A model generated the notes under the pieces. That model saw only the letters and a list, made by a program, of their open reading frames with translations. It was not told where the DNA came from and did no database searches. A program made the position numbers and the translations under genes. This document shows positions 42,999 to 54,120 of a DNA stretch of 64,000 bases, in pieces; within the stretch, counting starts at the first letter, position 1; every line of letters begins with the position of its first letter. The stretch is from sequence record PV287714.1. One strand, 5' to 3'. The DNA is from Escherichia phage HMD-9.

Positions 42999-43245
42999 AA
43001 AGTTCAACTACCTCTTCAGTTTCAGCTTCAAACACATCACGGTTATCTTTATGATACAAAGCTAATAGACGATTAAACATCTTACCATCAACGCCAAGTT
43101 CATCTTTGGCACGAATTCGAATATCTTTAATCAATTCATTATAACCAGAAATTTTCAGTTTATGGTCAGATGCTTCTTTGATAAATTTAGCTAAGTCTTC
43201 GCCATGGATAGCTTCATCAAATTCAACCATTTCTTTTTTAGCCAT
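42976..43245 (-). CDS. dsbA: dsDNA-binding protein DsbA
   Basis: 89 aa, position. Confidence 0.85.
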   Translation of the reverse strand: MAKKEMVEFDEAIHGEDLAKFIKEASDHKLKISGYNELIKDIRIRAKDELGVDGKMFNRLLALYHKDNRDVFEAETEEVVELYDTVFSK

Positions 43246-43253
43246 TATTCACC

Positions 43254-44171
43254 TCAAAATTCATTAATGCTATTAGTTAATTTAGAAAGACCCGCTTTTA
43301 CAAAATATGAATAAATTTTGCCACGCGGTGGTAATTTATATGAATTATAGTAATTCACAATGTTTGAAGCAATATTATCAGGAATATAATCAAAATCAAT
43401 TAGAACTAAATTTTCTTTGTATCGATTATATTCAGATTCGGTGAGAAGCACCTTAGCTTGCTCACGGTCATTAGCAATAGCTTCAACAATAGAGGTTTTC
43501 ATTGAAGGAGTTCGTTCACCTTCAACTCTGGTAAACCAAAAGTCAGATCGTACTTTAACTGAAGCAACGTTATCCTTTTTGTCGCCTTTAAGGATTTTAG
43601 TCATACAGTCAATTTCAGCAGAACCGCTTTTAATTTTAACCCATTTCTTGTGCATCGGTGACCATTGCTTAACATTTGGATACTTATGAAGTTGAGTAAA
43701 GTCGCTATCCGATGAAATGATTAAAATCTTATGTCCTTCTAAAGAGAACTTTTTAACAAGAACAGCAATATGGTCATCTGCTTCATACTTATCAATATCC
43801 ATAACGATGTATGGCATATAAGCTTTCAATTCATCTATAACTTTATGGCTGGATTCAAAATAACCTTCCCAGTCCCAAGTAGATTCTTCTCGTGCTTTTC
43901 CACGGTTTTTCTTATAATAATAAGCAAAATCACGACGCCAGTATCCAGATTTCGCGTTATCAATACACAACACAATTTTAGTGTATCCAAGAGTTTTTGC
44001 TTTTTTGACATTAAACTTAATTGAGTTCAATATCAAATGACGAACCATTGATAAATTAATTTTTTCTTTATCTGGGAAGTTTACCAAAGCAGTTGAAAGC
44101 GCAATTTGACTAAAGTCAATTAAGCAGATTCCTTCTTTGTAATCTTCATCCAGCATCATTTCTAAATCCAT
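43254..44171 (-). CDS. rnh: RNase H (5'-3' exonuclease)
   Basis: 305 aa from MDLEMMLDEDYKEG; FEN-family acidic residues. Confidence 0.93.
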   Translation of the reverse strand: MDLEMMLDEDYKEGICLIDFSQIALSTALVNFPDKEKINLSMVRHLILNSIKFNVKKAKTLGYTKIVLCIDNAKSGYWRRDFAYYYKKNRGKAREESTWDWEGYFESSHKVIDELKAYMPYIVMDIDKYEADDHIAVLVKKFSLEGHKILIISSDSDFTQLHKYPNVKQWSPMHKKWVKIKSGSAEIDCMTKILKGDKKDNVASVKVRSDFWFTRVEGERTPSMKTSIVEAIANDREQAKVLLTESEYNRYKENLVLIDFDYIPDNIASNIVNYYNSYKLPPRGKIYSYFVKAGLSKLTNSINEF

Positions 44172-44233
44172 ATGAACCTCGTTCAATTAGTGAGATTTCT
44201 ATTATATACCATCCAAATCTTAAAGTAAACAAG

Positions 44234-44241
44234 TATAAATA
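44234..44241 (+). promoter_or_regulatory. late promoter for gene 34
   Basis: TATAAATA 34 nt upstream of ATG; SD AGGAG. Confidence 0.55.
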
Positions 44242-44275
44242 CTTATTATTGAAAACACAATAGGAGCCCGGGAGA

Positions 44276-47200
44276 ATGGCCGAGATTAAAAGAAAGTTCA
44301 GAGCAGAAGATGGTCTGGACGCAGGTGGCGATAAAATAATCAACGTAGCTTTAGCTGATCGTACCGTAGGAACTGACGGTGTCAACGTTGATTACTTAAT
44401 TCAAGAAAACACAGTTCAACAATACGATCCAACTCGTGGATATTTAAAAGATTTTGTAATCATTTATGATAACCGCTTTTGGGCTGCTATAAATGATATT
44501 CCAAAACCAGCAGGAGCTTTTAATAGCGTACGCTGGAGAGCATTACGTACTGATGCTAATTGGACAACTGTTTCATCAGGACCTTATCAATTAAAGTCAG
44601 GCGAATCAATTTCAGTTGATACTGCAGCCGGTAATGACATTACATTTACTTTACCATCTTCCCCAATTGATGGAGATACTATCGTTCTCCAAGACATTGG
44701 AGGAAAACCTGGAGTTAACCAAGTTTTAATTGTAGCTCCAGTACAAAGTATTGTAAACTTTAGAGGCGAACAAGTACGTTCAGTACTAATGACTCATCCA
44801 AAATCGCAGATAGTTTTAATTTTTAGTAATCGTCTGTGGCAAATGTATGTAGCTGATTATAGCAGAGAAGCTGCAGTTGTAACACCGGCAAGTCTTTATC
44901 AGGCGCAATCTAACGATTTTATCGTGCGTAGATTTACTTCCGCTGCGCCGATTAATATTAAACTTCCGAGATTTGCTAATCATGGCGATATTATTAATTT
45001 CGTCGATTTAGATAAACTAAATCCGCTTTATCATACAATTGTTACTACATACGATGAAACGACTTCAATACAAGAAGTTGGAACTCATTCCATTGAAGGC
45101 CGTACAACGATTGACGGTTTCTTGATGTATGATGATAATGAAAAATTATGGAGACTGTTTGACGGGGATAGTAAAGCACGTTTACGTATTATAACGACTA
45201 ATTCAAACATTCGCCCAAATGAAGAAGTTATGGTATTTGGAGCGAATAACGGAACAACCCAAACAATTGAACTTCAGCTTCCAACTGATATTTCTATTGG
45301 TGATACTGTTAAAATTTCCATGAATTACATGAGAAAAGGCCAAACAGTTAAAATCAAAGCTGCTGGTGAAGATAAAATTGCTTCTTCAGTTCAATTGCTG
45401 CAATTCCCAAAACGTTCAGAGTATCCGCCTGAAACTAAATGGGTGACTGTTCAAGAATTAGTTTTTAACGGCGAAACTAATTATGTTCCAGTTTTACAGC
45501 TTGCTTATATAGAAGATTCTGATGGAAAATACTGGGTTGTACAACAAAACGTTCCAACTGTAGAAAGAGTTGATTCTTTAAATGATTCTACTAGAGCAAG
45601 ATTAGGCGTAATAGCTTTAGCTACACAAGCTCAAGCAAATGCTGATTTAGAAAATTCTCCGCAAAAAGAATTAGCAATTACACCAGAAACATTAGCTAAC
45701 CGTACTGCTACAGAAACTCGTAGAGGTATCGCAAGAATAGCAACTACTGCTCAAGTGAATCAGAACACCACATTCTCTTTTGCTGATGATATTATCATCA
45801 CTCCTAAAAAGCTGAATGAAAGAACTGCCACAGAAACTCGTAGAGGCGTTGCTGAAATTGCTACGCAGCAGGAAACTAATGCAGGTACTGATGATACTAC
45901 AATCATCACTCCTAAAAAGCTTCAAGCTAGACAAGGTTCTGAATCATTATCTGGTATTGTAACCTTTGTATCTACCGCAGGAGCTACTCCAGCTTCTAGT
46001 CGTGAATTAAATGGTACAAACGTTTATAATAAAAACACTAATAATTTAGTTGTTTCGCCTAAAGCTTTGGATCAGTATAAAGCTACTCCAACCCAACAAG
46101 GTGCAGTAATTTTAGCAGTTGAAAGTGAAGTAATTGCTGGACAAAGCCAAGAAGGATGGGCAAATGCGGTTGTAACGCCAGAAACGTTACATAAAAAGAC
46201 ATCAACTGATGGAAGAATTGGTTTAATTGAAATTGCTACGCAAAGTGAAGTTAATACTGGAACTGATTATACTCGTGCAGTCACTCCTAAAACTTTAAAT
46301 GATCGTAAAGCAACTGAAAGTTTAAGTGGTATAGCTGAAATTGCTACACAAGTTGAATTCGACGCAGGCGTCGACGATACTCGTATCTCTACACCATTAA
46401 AAATTAAAACTAGATTTAATAGTACTGATCGTACTTCTGTTGTTGCTCTATCTGGATTAGTTGAATCAGGAACTCTCTGGGACCATTATACCCTTAATAT
46501 TCTTGAAGCAAATGAGACACAGCGTGGTACACTTCGCGTAGCTACACAAGTTGAAGCTGCTGCAGGAAAATTAGATAATGTTTTAATAACTCCTAAAAAG
46601 CTTTTAGGTACTAAATCTACTGAAGCACAGGAAGGTGTTATTAAAGTTGCAACCCAGTCTGAAACTGTGACTGGAACATCAGCAAATACTGCTGTATCTC
46701 CAAAAAATTTAAAGTGGATTGTGCAGAGTGAACCTACCTGGGCAGCTACTACTGCGGTAAGAGGTTTTGTTAAAACTTCATCTGGTTCAATTACGTTCGT
46801 TGGTAATGATACGGTAGGTTCAACACAGCCATTAGAATCATATGAGAAAAATAGCTATGCGGTATCACCATATGAATTAAACCGTGTATTAGCAAATTAT
46901 TTGCCGTTAAAAGCAAAAGCTGCTGATACAAATTTATTGGATGGTCTAGATTCATCTCAGTTCATTCGTAGGGATATTGCACAGACGGTTAATGGTTCAC
47001 TAACCTTAACCCAGCAAACGAATCTGAGTGCCCCTCTTGTATCATCTAGTACTGGTGAATTTGGTGGTTCTTTAGCTGCTAATAGAACATTTACCATCCG
47101 TAATACCGGACTCCCGACCAATATCATTTTCGAAAAAGGTCCTGCAACCGGTTCAAACCCGGTTCAGTCAATGAGCATCCGTGTATGGGGTAACCAGTAT

Positions 47201-48145
47201 GGCGGCGGCTCGGATACGACTCGTTCTACCGTATTTGAAGTTGGTGATGAAACGTCTAATCACTTTTATTCTCAACGTAATAAAGACGGGAATATAACGT
47301 TTAGCATTAATGGTACTGTGATGCCAAAAAATGTAACTGCTTCGGGTATGTTGAATGTGAATGGCGCTGCAGCATTCGGTAGTTCAGTTAATGTAACCGG
47401 CGAAATTATTTCCAGAAATACAAACGCTTTCCGCGCTATCAGTAGCCAATACGGGTTCTTTATTCGTAATGATAGCTCTAATGTCTATTTTATGCTGACC
47501 GATCAAGGCGATCAGACTGGTGGATATAATGCATTACGTCCTTTAACCATTAATAATGCATCTGGTCAAGTAACGATTGGTGAAAGCTTAATTATTGCCA
47601 AAGGTGCAACTATTAACTCAGGTGGTTTAACTGTTAACTCGAGAATTCGTTCTCAAGGCACTAAAACATCTAATTTATATACTCGTGCACCAACATCTGA
47701 TACTGTAGGATTCTGGTCAATCGATGTTAATGATTCAGCTACTTATAACCAGTTCCCAGGTTATTTTAAAATGGTTGAAAAAACTAATGAAGTGACTGGG
47801 CTTCCATACTTAGAACGTGGCGAAGAAGTTAAATCTCCTGGTACACTGACTCAGTTTGGTAATACACTTGATTCGCTTTACCAAGATTGGATTACTTATC
47901 CAACGACGCCAGAAGCGCGTACCACTCGCTGGACCCGTACATGGCAGAAAACCAAAAACTCTTGGTCAAGTTTTGTTCAGGTATTTGATGGAGGTAACCC
48001 TCCTCAGCCATCTGATATCGGTGCTTTACCATCTGATAATGCTATAATGGGGAATCTTACTATTCGTGATTTCTTACGAATTGGTAATGTTCGCATTGTT
48101 CCTGACCCAGTGAATAAATCTGTTAAATTTGAATGGATTGAATAA
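44276..48145 (+). CDS. 34: long tail fibre proximal subunit gp34
   Basis: 1289 aa with internal ~40-aa fibre repeats. Confidence 0.95.
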   Translation: MAEIKRKFRAEDGLDAGGDKIINVALADRTVGTDGVNVDYLIQENTVQQYDPTRGYLKDFVIIYDNRFWAAINDIPKPAGAFNSVRWRALRTDANWTTVSSGPYQLKSGESISVDTAAGNDITFTLPSSPIDGDTIVLQDIGGKPGVNQVLIVAPVQSIVNFRGEQVRSVLMTHPKSQIVLIFSNRLWQMYVADYSREAAVVTPASLYQAQSNDFIVRRFTSAAPINIKLPRFANHGDIINFVDLDKLNPLYHTIVTTYDETTSIQEVGTHSIEGRTTIDGFLMYDDNEKLWRLFDGDSKARLRIITTNSNIRPNEEVMVFGANNGTTQTIELQLPTDISIGDTVKISMNYMRKGQTVKIKAAGEDKIASSVQLLQFPKRSEYPPETKWVTVQELVFNGETNYVPVLQLAYIEDSDGKYWVVQQNVPTVERVDSLNDSTRARLGVIALATQAQANADLENSPQKELAITPETLANRTATETRRGIARIATTAQVNQNTTFSFADDIIITPKKLNERTATETRRGVAEIATQQETNAGTDDTTIITPKKLQARQGSESLSGIVTFVSTAGATPASSRELNGTNVYNKNTNNLVVSPKALDQYKATPTQQGAVILAVESEVIAGQSQEGWANAVVTPETLHKKTSTDGRIGLIEIATQSEVNTGTDYTRAVTPKTLNDRKATESLSGIAEIATQVEFDAGVDDTRISTPLKIKTRFNSTDRTSVVALSGLVESGTLWDHYTLNILEANETQRGTLRVATQVEAAAGKLDNVLITPKKLLGTKSTEAQEGVIKVATQSETVTGTSANTAVSPKNLKWIVQSEPTWAATTAVRGFVKTSSGSITFVGNDTVGSTQPLESYEKNSYAVSPYELNRVLANYLPLKAKAADTNLLDGLDSSQFIRRDIAQTVNGSLTLTQQTNLSAPLVSSSTGEFGGSLAANRTFTIRNTGLPTNIIFEKGPATGSNPVQSMSIRVWGNQYGGGSDTTRSTVFEVGDETSNHFYSQRNKDGNITFSINGTVMPKNVTASGMLNVNGAAAFGSSVNVTGEIISRNTNAFRAISSQYGFFIRNDSSNVYFMLTDQGDQTGGYNALRPLTINNASGQVTIGESLIIAKGATINSGGLTVNSRIRSQGTKTSNLYTRAPTSDTVGFWSIDVNDSATYNQFPGYFKMVEKTNEVTGLPYLERGEEVKSPGTLTQFGNTLDSLYQDWITYPTTPEARTTRWTRTWQKTKNSWSSFVQVFDGGNPPQPSDIGALPSDNAIMGNLTIRDFLRIGNVRIVPDPVNKSVKFEWIE

Positions 48146-48153
48146 GAGGTATT

Positions 48154-49269
48154 ATGGAAAAATTTATGGCAGAGTTTGGACAAGGATATGTCCAAACGCC
48201 ATTTTTATCGGAAAGTAATTCAGTAAGATACAAAATAAGCATAGCGGGTTCTTGCCCGCTTTCTACAGCAGGACCATACGTTAAATTTCAGGATAATCCT
48301 ATCGGAAATCAAACATTTAGCGCAGGCCTTCATTTAAGAGTTTTTGACCCTTCAACAGGAGCATTAGTTGATAGTAAGTCATATGCTTTTTCGACTTCAA
48401 ATGATACTACATCAGCTGCTTTTGTCAGTTTCATGAATTCTTTTTCAAACAACAGACTTGTTGCTATATTAACCAGTGGAAAGGTTAATTTTCCTCCTGA
48501 AGTGGTATCTTGGTTAAGGGGAGCAGGAACGTCTGCTTTTCCATCAGATTCAGTATTGTCAAGATTTGACGTATCATATGCTGCTTTTTACACTTCTTCT
48601 AAAAGAGCTATTGCATTAGAACATGTTAAACTGAGTAATAGAAAAAGCACAGATGACTATCAAACTATTTTAGATGTTGTATTTGACAGTTTAGAAGACG
48701 TTGGAGCTACGGGATTTCCTAAAAGAACATATGAAAGCGTTGAGCAATTTATGTCAGCGGTTGGCGGAACCAATAACGAAATTGCGCGATTGCCAACTTC
48801 AGCTGCTATAAGTAAACTCTCTGATTATAATTTAATTCCTGGCGATGTTCTTTATCTTAAAGCTCAGTTATATGCCGATGCAGATTTACTTGCGCTTGGA
48901 ACTACAAATATATCTATCCGTTTTTATAATGCATCGAATGGATATATTTCCTCTACCCAAGCTGAGTTTACTGGACAAGCTGGGTCTTGGGAATTAAAGG
49001 AAGATTATGTAGTTGTTCCTGAAAATGCAGTCGGATTTACTATATATGCGCAGAGAACTGCTCAAGCTGGTCAAGGCGGAATGAGGAATTTAAGCTTTTC
49101 TGAAGTATCAAGAAATGGCGGCATTTCAAAACCTGCCGAATTTGGCGTCAACGGTATTCGCGTTAATTATGTCTGTGAATCGGCTTCACCTCCAGATATA
49201 ATGGTACTTCCTACACAAGCCTCTTCTAAAACTGGCAAAGTGTTTGGGCAAGAATTTAGAGAAGTTTAA
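48154..49269 (+). CDS. 35: long tail fibre hinge gp35
   Basis: 371 aa, position. Confidence 0.9.
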   Translation: MEKFMAEFGQGYVQTPFLSESNSVRYKISIAGSCPLSTAGPYVKFQDNPIGNQTFSAGLHLRVFDPSTGALVDSKSYAFSTSNDTTSAAFVSFMNSFSNNRLVAILTSGKVNFPPEVVSWLRGAGTSAFPSDSVLSRFDVSYAAFYTSSKRAIALEHVKLSNRKSTDDYQTILDVVFDSLEDVGATGFPKRTYESVEQFMSAVGGTNNEIARLPTSAAISKLSDYNLIPGDVLYLKAQLYADADLLALGTTNISIRFYNASNGYISSTQAEFTGQAGSWELKEDYVVVPENAVGFTIYAQRTAQAGQGGMRNLSFSEVSRNGGISKPAEFGVNGIRVNYVCESASPPDIMVLPTQASSKTGKVFGQEFREV

Positions 49270-49274
49270 ACTGA

Positions 49275-49297
49275 GGGAGCCTTCGGGTTCCCTTTTT
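49275..49297 (+). terminator. rho-independent terminator after gene 35
   Basis: GGGAGCC-TTCG-GGTTCCC followed by TTTTTCTTT. Confidence 0.55.
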
Positions 49298-49300
49298 CTT

Positions 49301-49308
49301 TATAAATA
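49301..49308 (+). promoter_or_regulatory. late promoter for genes 36-37-38
   Basis: TATAAATA 23 nt upstream of gene 36 ATG. Confidence 0.55.
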
Positions 49309-49331
49309 ATATTAAAATAAAGGGGCATATA

Positions 49332-50021
49332 ATGGCTGATTTAAAAGTAGGTTCAACTGTGGGTGGATCTGTCATTTGGCATCAAGGAAATTTTCCATTG
49401 AATTCAGCCGGTGACGATGTACTCTATAAATCATTTAAAATATATTCAGAATATAATAAACCGCAGGCAGCTGATAACGATTTCGTTTCTAAAGCTAATG
49501 GTGGCACAAAGTCTCAAGGTTTCCAAAAAGAAGTAGAATTTAAAGAAGGCGTTAAGATTTCTGCAACGTTTTCTGGAGGTTCAGACCTGAATGGGTTATA
49601 TTCTGGCAATGGAGATGGAGCTTCCAGAGAAAAAGCTAACATGGATTTACGTTCATGGTACGGCATTGGTATTTGGAACACATGCACAAGTGATGGGATA
49701 CAGGGACGCACAATCTGGTTTAATGCCAGGAGTGGTAAAGTTGAAACAGTTGGCAATATTGTTTCTGGCCAACAAGTTATTTCTAATGCTTCAGGACCGA
49801 CCGCCCCGGCACACTTAACTCGCAAAGATTATGTTGATGGAGCAATAAATATTGTTACAGCAAACGCAAACTCTAGGGTATTACGCTCTGGAGATACTAT
49901 GACAGGAAATTTAACTGCGCCAAACCTTTTTTCACAGAATCCTGCATCTCAACCCTCACATGTTCCACGATTTGATCAAATTGTTATTAAGGATTCTGTT
50001 CAAGATTTCGGCTATTATTAA
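49332..50021 (+). CDS. 36: long tail fibre distal subunit gp36
   Basis: 229 aa, position. Confidence 0.88.
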   Translation: MADLKVGSTVGGSVIWHQGNFPLNSAGDDVLYKSFKIYSEYNKPQAADNDFVSKANGGTKSQGFQKEVEFKEGVKISATFSGGSDLNGLYSGNGDGASREKANMDLRSWYGIGIWNTCTSDGIQGRTIWFNARSGKVETVGNIVSGQQVISNASGPTAPAHLTRKDYVDGAINIVTANANSRVLRSGDTMTGNLTAPNLFSQNPASQPSHVPRFDQIVIKDSVQDFGYY

Positions 50022-50029
50022 GAGGACTT

Positions 50030-53000
50030 ATGGCTACTTTAAAACAAATACAATTTAAAAGAAGCAAAACTGCAGGAGCACGTCCTGCCGCTTCAGTATT
50101 AGCCGAAGGTGAATTGGCTATAAACTTAAAAGACCGTGTACTTTTTACTAAAGACGATCAAGGGAATATCATTGATCTGGGTTTTGCTAAGGGCGGTAGT
50201 ATTGACGGGAATGTTATTCATAACGGTAACTACAACCAGACTGGCGATTACACTATAACCGGAGCTATTTCACAAAAGTCTGGACATTTTACTACTACCG
50301 GTAGTATAACAGCAACCGGTGATGTCACAGCAAAATCTCGCCTAATGACTGATATAGGCGAAGTTTTGGTACGTAGTAATGGTACCGCACATGTTCGATT
50401 CCAGGATTTGGCTGATGGACGCGAAAGAGCTATAATTTATTCTCAAAACCGTACTGGGAATACCAAGCAAATATTGAACGTTCGTGTTCAGGATTACACT
50501 AATTCAACATCTAATACTTTTGCATTCAACGGTGACGGTTTATTTTATGCCCCATCTATTTCCGGCGGAACATCAGTAAAATCTCCAGTAATTTATACCA
50601 ATACTGTTAATACAGACAGTAAGAATATTGGCGATTACGATATATCTTCATTAGCAAATAACACTCCATTGGCAGAAAGCGAAACGGCTATTAACCACCT
50701 CCGTGTTATGCGAAATGCTGTAGGATCTGGTATATTCCATGAAGTTAAAGATAATGATGGAATAACTTGGTATACCGGAGATGGCTTAGACACTTATCTT
50801 TGGTCGTTTACCTGGTCTGGTGGATTGAAAGCGGGTCATTCTATTTCTGTTGGTACTCCTGGTGGCAATAAAGGATACTCTGAATTAGGGACTGCTTCAA
50901 TTTCTCTTGGTGATAATGATACCGGGCTAAAATGGCATCAGGATGGATATTTCCAAACAGTAAACAACGGGACAAGAACTTTCACCTATGGCCCTACCGA
51001 AACACAAAGCCTTAGAAAAATGGTTATGGGTTATTCTCCGGACGGGATTCTTATGACAACGCCGCCGACAGAAAACTATGCATTAGCCACTGTTGTTACT
51101 TATCATGATAATAACGCGTATGGTGACGGTCAGACTCTTTTAGGATATTATCAAGGCGGTAATTATCATCACTATTTCCGCGGTAAGGGTACCACAAACA
51201 TTAATACTCATGGCGGTTTGTTAGTTACTCCAGGTGATATTAATGTTATCGGTGGTTCGGTTAATATCGATGGTATAAATAATTCTTCTACCCTGCTATT
51301 TAGAGGCAACACGACCGGAGCTAGTTCAGTTGATAATATGACAATTTCCGTTTGGGGCAATACGTTTACTAATCCTAGTGTAGGTAATCGTAAAAACGTC
51401 ATGGAAATTTCTGATGCAACTAGCTGGATGAGCTATATTCAAAGACTTACAACTGGTGAAGTAGAAATGAACGTTAACGGTTCATTTGAATCATCTGGTG
51501 TTACTGCTGGACATAGAGGAGTTCACACAACAGGCGAAATTTCATCCGGAGCAGTGAATGCGCTTCGCATTTGGAATGCAGATTATGGAGTCATTTTCCG
51601 TCGTTCAGAAAACAGTCTTCATATTATTCCGACTGCTTACGGTGAAGGTAAAAATGGAAATATCGGTCCACTTCGCCCGTTCCGTATGGACCTTGATACA
51701 GGTAAAGTAAGTATTCCTAATATGGATACTACTAATTTGATTATGAACCCAAATGGTTCTATTAAATTTACTGGTCATGGTAATGGTACCGAGCTGTATG
51801 GTAATCAGTATGGGCAAGCGGCACCGATTTATCAAGAAATTAATAATGATTCCGCTTCTGCTTATATTCCAATTATAAAACAGAAATACTTAAATGGCGG
51901 TATAATGTGGTCTATGGGAACAGAACTTAATTCCGGTGATTTTGTAATCCATAGAATTAATGCCGCCGGTGATGAAAACCGAATTATTAAATTTGATAGT
52001 AACTGCGTTCCGCATTTCCCGGATAACGTGCTGGTTGGCGGTGATATTAACATGAAAGGCGCGATGACTTTTGACGCCGGACGTTTAGGATCACGAGATT
52101 ATTTTAAATTTAACCATTGGGGTGATAGTAATAATGCTCGTGATAACATCATCCAGTTAGAAGATAGTCAAGGCGCTCATTTTTCCACTGAACGTACTTT
52201 AGCGACTGGTGCAATTAAAACTCGTTTCTTTGGCGAAACATTTACTGATGGTACATTATACCTAAATCAGATGAATAATAGCTCTGAACGATTCTCTATC
52301 AGAAATTGGGGAAATTCAGAAGTTGGTCGCGCGGCAGTGATGGAAGTCGGTGATTCCAAAGGTTATCACTTCTATACGGAACGCAGGACAGATAATAGTT
52401 TGGCGTTTGATGTTGCTGGCGTTTTTACCGTGCATGGACCTACCGGGATCACTATCAAAAACTCTGCTGGTGCACGACATATCTGGTTTAGAGATGATAG
52501 CGATGCAGAAAAGTCTGTTATCTGGGCTACAGATGAGGGTATTTTACATATTCGCAATAACTATGGTGGAGCAGTTGCACATCGCTTCCAGGGCGCGATG
52601 TTTAAACTTAACGGACGTGTTCCTTATGCCGCAGATCAAGGAATTATTCGTGGTGAGGTTTCTGGCGGTGCTTATGTGGATTGGAGAAATCGCCCTGCTG
52701 GTTTGTTGCTTGACTGTCAACAAAGCGTTGATAGTGCTCATGCCATTTGGAAAGCGGTTGATTGGGGGCGTAACTACATCGCTGCTTTGGATGTTCATAT
52801 GCCAGGTAATAGTAATAATACTGCAGCAGCGATTCTCCATGTTCAAGATGCTAATTATCAATTCCATGCAAGTGGAGAATTTCATGCCACTGGTAACGGA
52901 AGCTTTAACGATGTTTATATTCGATCAGACCGTCGCCTCAAAGAAAACATCGAAGATTATATAGGAAATGCAACTGATTTAATCGGTAAACTGAAAGTTA

Positions 53001-53278
53001 AAACCTACGATAAAGTTAAATCATTATCCGACCGTGAAATTATCGGTCATGAGATTGGCATTATCGCACAGGATTTACAAGAAATATTACCAGAAGCGAT
53101 TAATATTTCGAAAATTGGCAATCTTGATAAACCAGACGAAGTTCTGACAATTTCTAACTCTGCTGTGAATGCTCTTTTAATTAAGGCCATTCAGGAAATG
53201 AGTGAAGAAATTAAAGAATTGAAAACGCCTTTCTTCACTAAAATTGCTCGCAAAATTGGTAAATACTTTAAATTCTAA
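50030..53278 (+). CDS. 37: long tail fibre distal subunit gp37 with C-terminal chaperone-like extension
   Basis: 1082 aa; last ~117 aa begin [10 protein letters not shown]. Confidence 0.92.
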   Translation: MATLKQIQFKRSKTAGARPAASVLAEGELAINLKDRVLFTKDDQGNIIDLGFAKGGSIDGNVIHNGNYNQTGDYTITGAISQKSGHFTTTGSITATGDVTAKSRLMTDIGEVLVRSNGTAHVRFQDLADGRERAIIYSQNRTGNTKQILNVRVQDYTNSTSNTFAFNGDGLFYAPSISGGTSVKSPVIYTNTVNTDSKNIGDYDISSLANNTPLAESETAINHLRVMRNAVGSGIFHEVKDNDGITWYTGDGLDTYLWSFTWSGGLKAGHSISVGTPGGNKGYSELGTASISLGDNDTGLKWHQDGYFQTVNNGTRTFTYGPTETQSLRKMVMGYSPDGILMTTPPTENYALATVVTYHDNNAYGDGQTLLGYYQGGNYHHYFRGKGTTNINTHGGLLVTPGDINVIGGSVNIDGINNSSTLLFRGNTTGASSVDNMTISVWGNTFTNPSVGNRKNVMEISDATSWMSYIQRLTTGEVEMNVNGSFESSGVTAGHRGVHTTGEISSGAVNALRIWNADYGVIFRRSENSLHIIPTAYGEGKNGNIGPLRPFRMDLDTGKVSIPNMDTTNLIMNPNGSIKFTGHGNGTELYGNQYGQAAPIYQEINNDSASAYIPIIKQKYLNGGIMWSMGTELNSGDFVIHRINAAGDENRIIKFDSNCVPHFPDNVLVGGDINMKGAMTFDAGRLGSRDYFKFNHWGDSNNARDNIIQLEDSQGAHFSTERTLATGAIKTRFFGETFTDGTLYLNQMNNSSERFSIRNWGNSEVGRAAVMEVGDSKGYHFYTERRTDNSLAFDVAGVFTVHGPTGITIKNSAGARHIWFRDDSDAEKSVIWATDEGILHIRNNYGGAVAHRFQGAMFKLNGRVPYAADQGIIRGEVSGGAYVDWRNRPAGLLLDCQQSVDSAHAIWKAVDWGRNYIAALDVHMPGNSNNTAAAILHVQDANYQFHASGEFHATGNGSFNDVYIRSDRRLKENIEDYIGNATDLIGKLKVKTYDKVKSLSDREIIGHEIGIIAQDLQEILPEAINISKIGNLDKPDEVLTISNSAVNALLIKAIQEMSEEIKELKTPFFTKIARKIGKYFKF

Positions 53279-53310
53279 TAACAAGGGGCATTGCCCCTTT
53301 GGAGATAATT

Positions 53311-54090
53311 ATGTCAGTAGTTGGTGTTCCTGGTTGGATTGGTAGTTCATCCGTAAATGAAACAGGACAACGATGGATGAGTCAAGCGGCTGGTCAATTA
53401 AGATTAGGTGTTCCTTGCTGGATGAGTCAATTTGCAGGTCGCTCAAGAGAAATTATTCACACACTTGGAGCAGACCATAACTTCAATGGTCAATGGTTCC
53501 GAGATAGATGTTTTGAGGCAGGTAGTACACCTATAGTGTTTAATATCACTGGAGATTTAGTATCATATTCTAAAGATGTTCCTTTATTCTTCATGTACGG
53601 AGATACACCGAATGAATATGTTCAGTTGAATATACATGGCGTAACGATGTATGGTCGTGGCGGGAATGGCGGTAGCAATAGTCCCGGATCGGCTGGGGGT
53701 CATTGTATTCAAAATGATATTGGTGGAAGACTAAGAATTAATAATGGCGGAGCTATTGCAGGCGGCGGTGGCGGTGGCGGCGGCGGTAACTACGGTAGAC
53801 TATCATTTGGTGGTGGTGGTGGTCGCCCATTCGGTGCTGGCGGGTCTTCCTCTCATATGGGTGCTGGTGCAACCGCTGGCACCATTTCCGCTCCGGGTGC
53901 AGGATCTGTCGGTGAGGGGTCTCTTTGGGTATATACAGGCGGGAATGGCGGTGAAGTTGGCTCAGCAGGAGGTAGATGTAATATTCATGGGAACGGTACA
54001 GAATATAACGGTGGTGCTGCTGGTTATGCCGTCATAGGGTCTACACCGACATGGCAAAACGTTGGAGCAATATATGGTCCAAGAGTATAA
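53311..54090 (+). CDS. 38: T2-type tail fibre adhesin gp38 (glycine-rich motifs)
   Basis: 259 aa from MSVVGVPGW; poly-Gly runs; track start 53299 is non-ATG. Confidence 0.88.
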   Translation: MSVVGVPGWIGSSSVNETGQRWMSQAAGQLRLGVPCWMSQFAGRSREIIHTLGADHNFNGQWFRDRCFEAGSTPIVFNITGDLVSYSKDVPLFFMYGDTPNEYVQLNIHGVTMYGRGGNGGSNSPGSAGGHCIQNDIGGRLRINNGGAIAGGGGGGGGGNYGRLSFGGGGGRPFGAGGSSSHMGAGATAGTISAPGAGSVGEGSLWVYTGGNGGEVGSAGGRCNIHGNGTEYNGGAAGYAVIGSTPTWQNVGAIYGPRV

Positions 54091-54120
54091 TTTGAATAAA
54101 TATCCTTAAAAGGAGGGTCT

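Noticed and set aside
52350-52964. 204-aa alternative-frame ORF inside gene 37
   Set aside because: Same strand but out of frame with a well-supported fibre gene; no start context.
53744-54037. 97-aa Ala/Val-rich ORF inside gene 38
   Set aside because: Frame-shifted reading of the GGC/GGT glycine-codon runs; artefact of repeat composition.
54095-54102. AATAAATA upstream of holin t as a late promoter
   Set aside because: One mismatch to TATAAATA and only about 19 nt from the ATG; too weak to call without transcript data.
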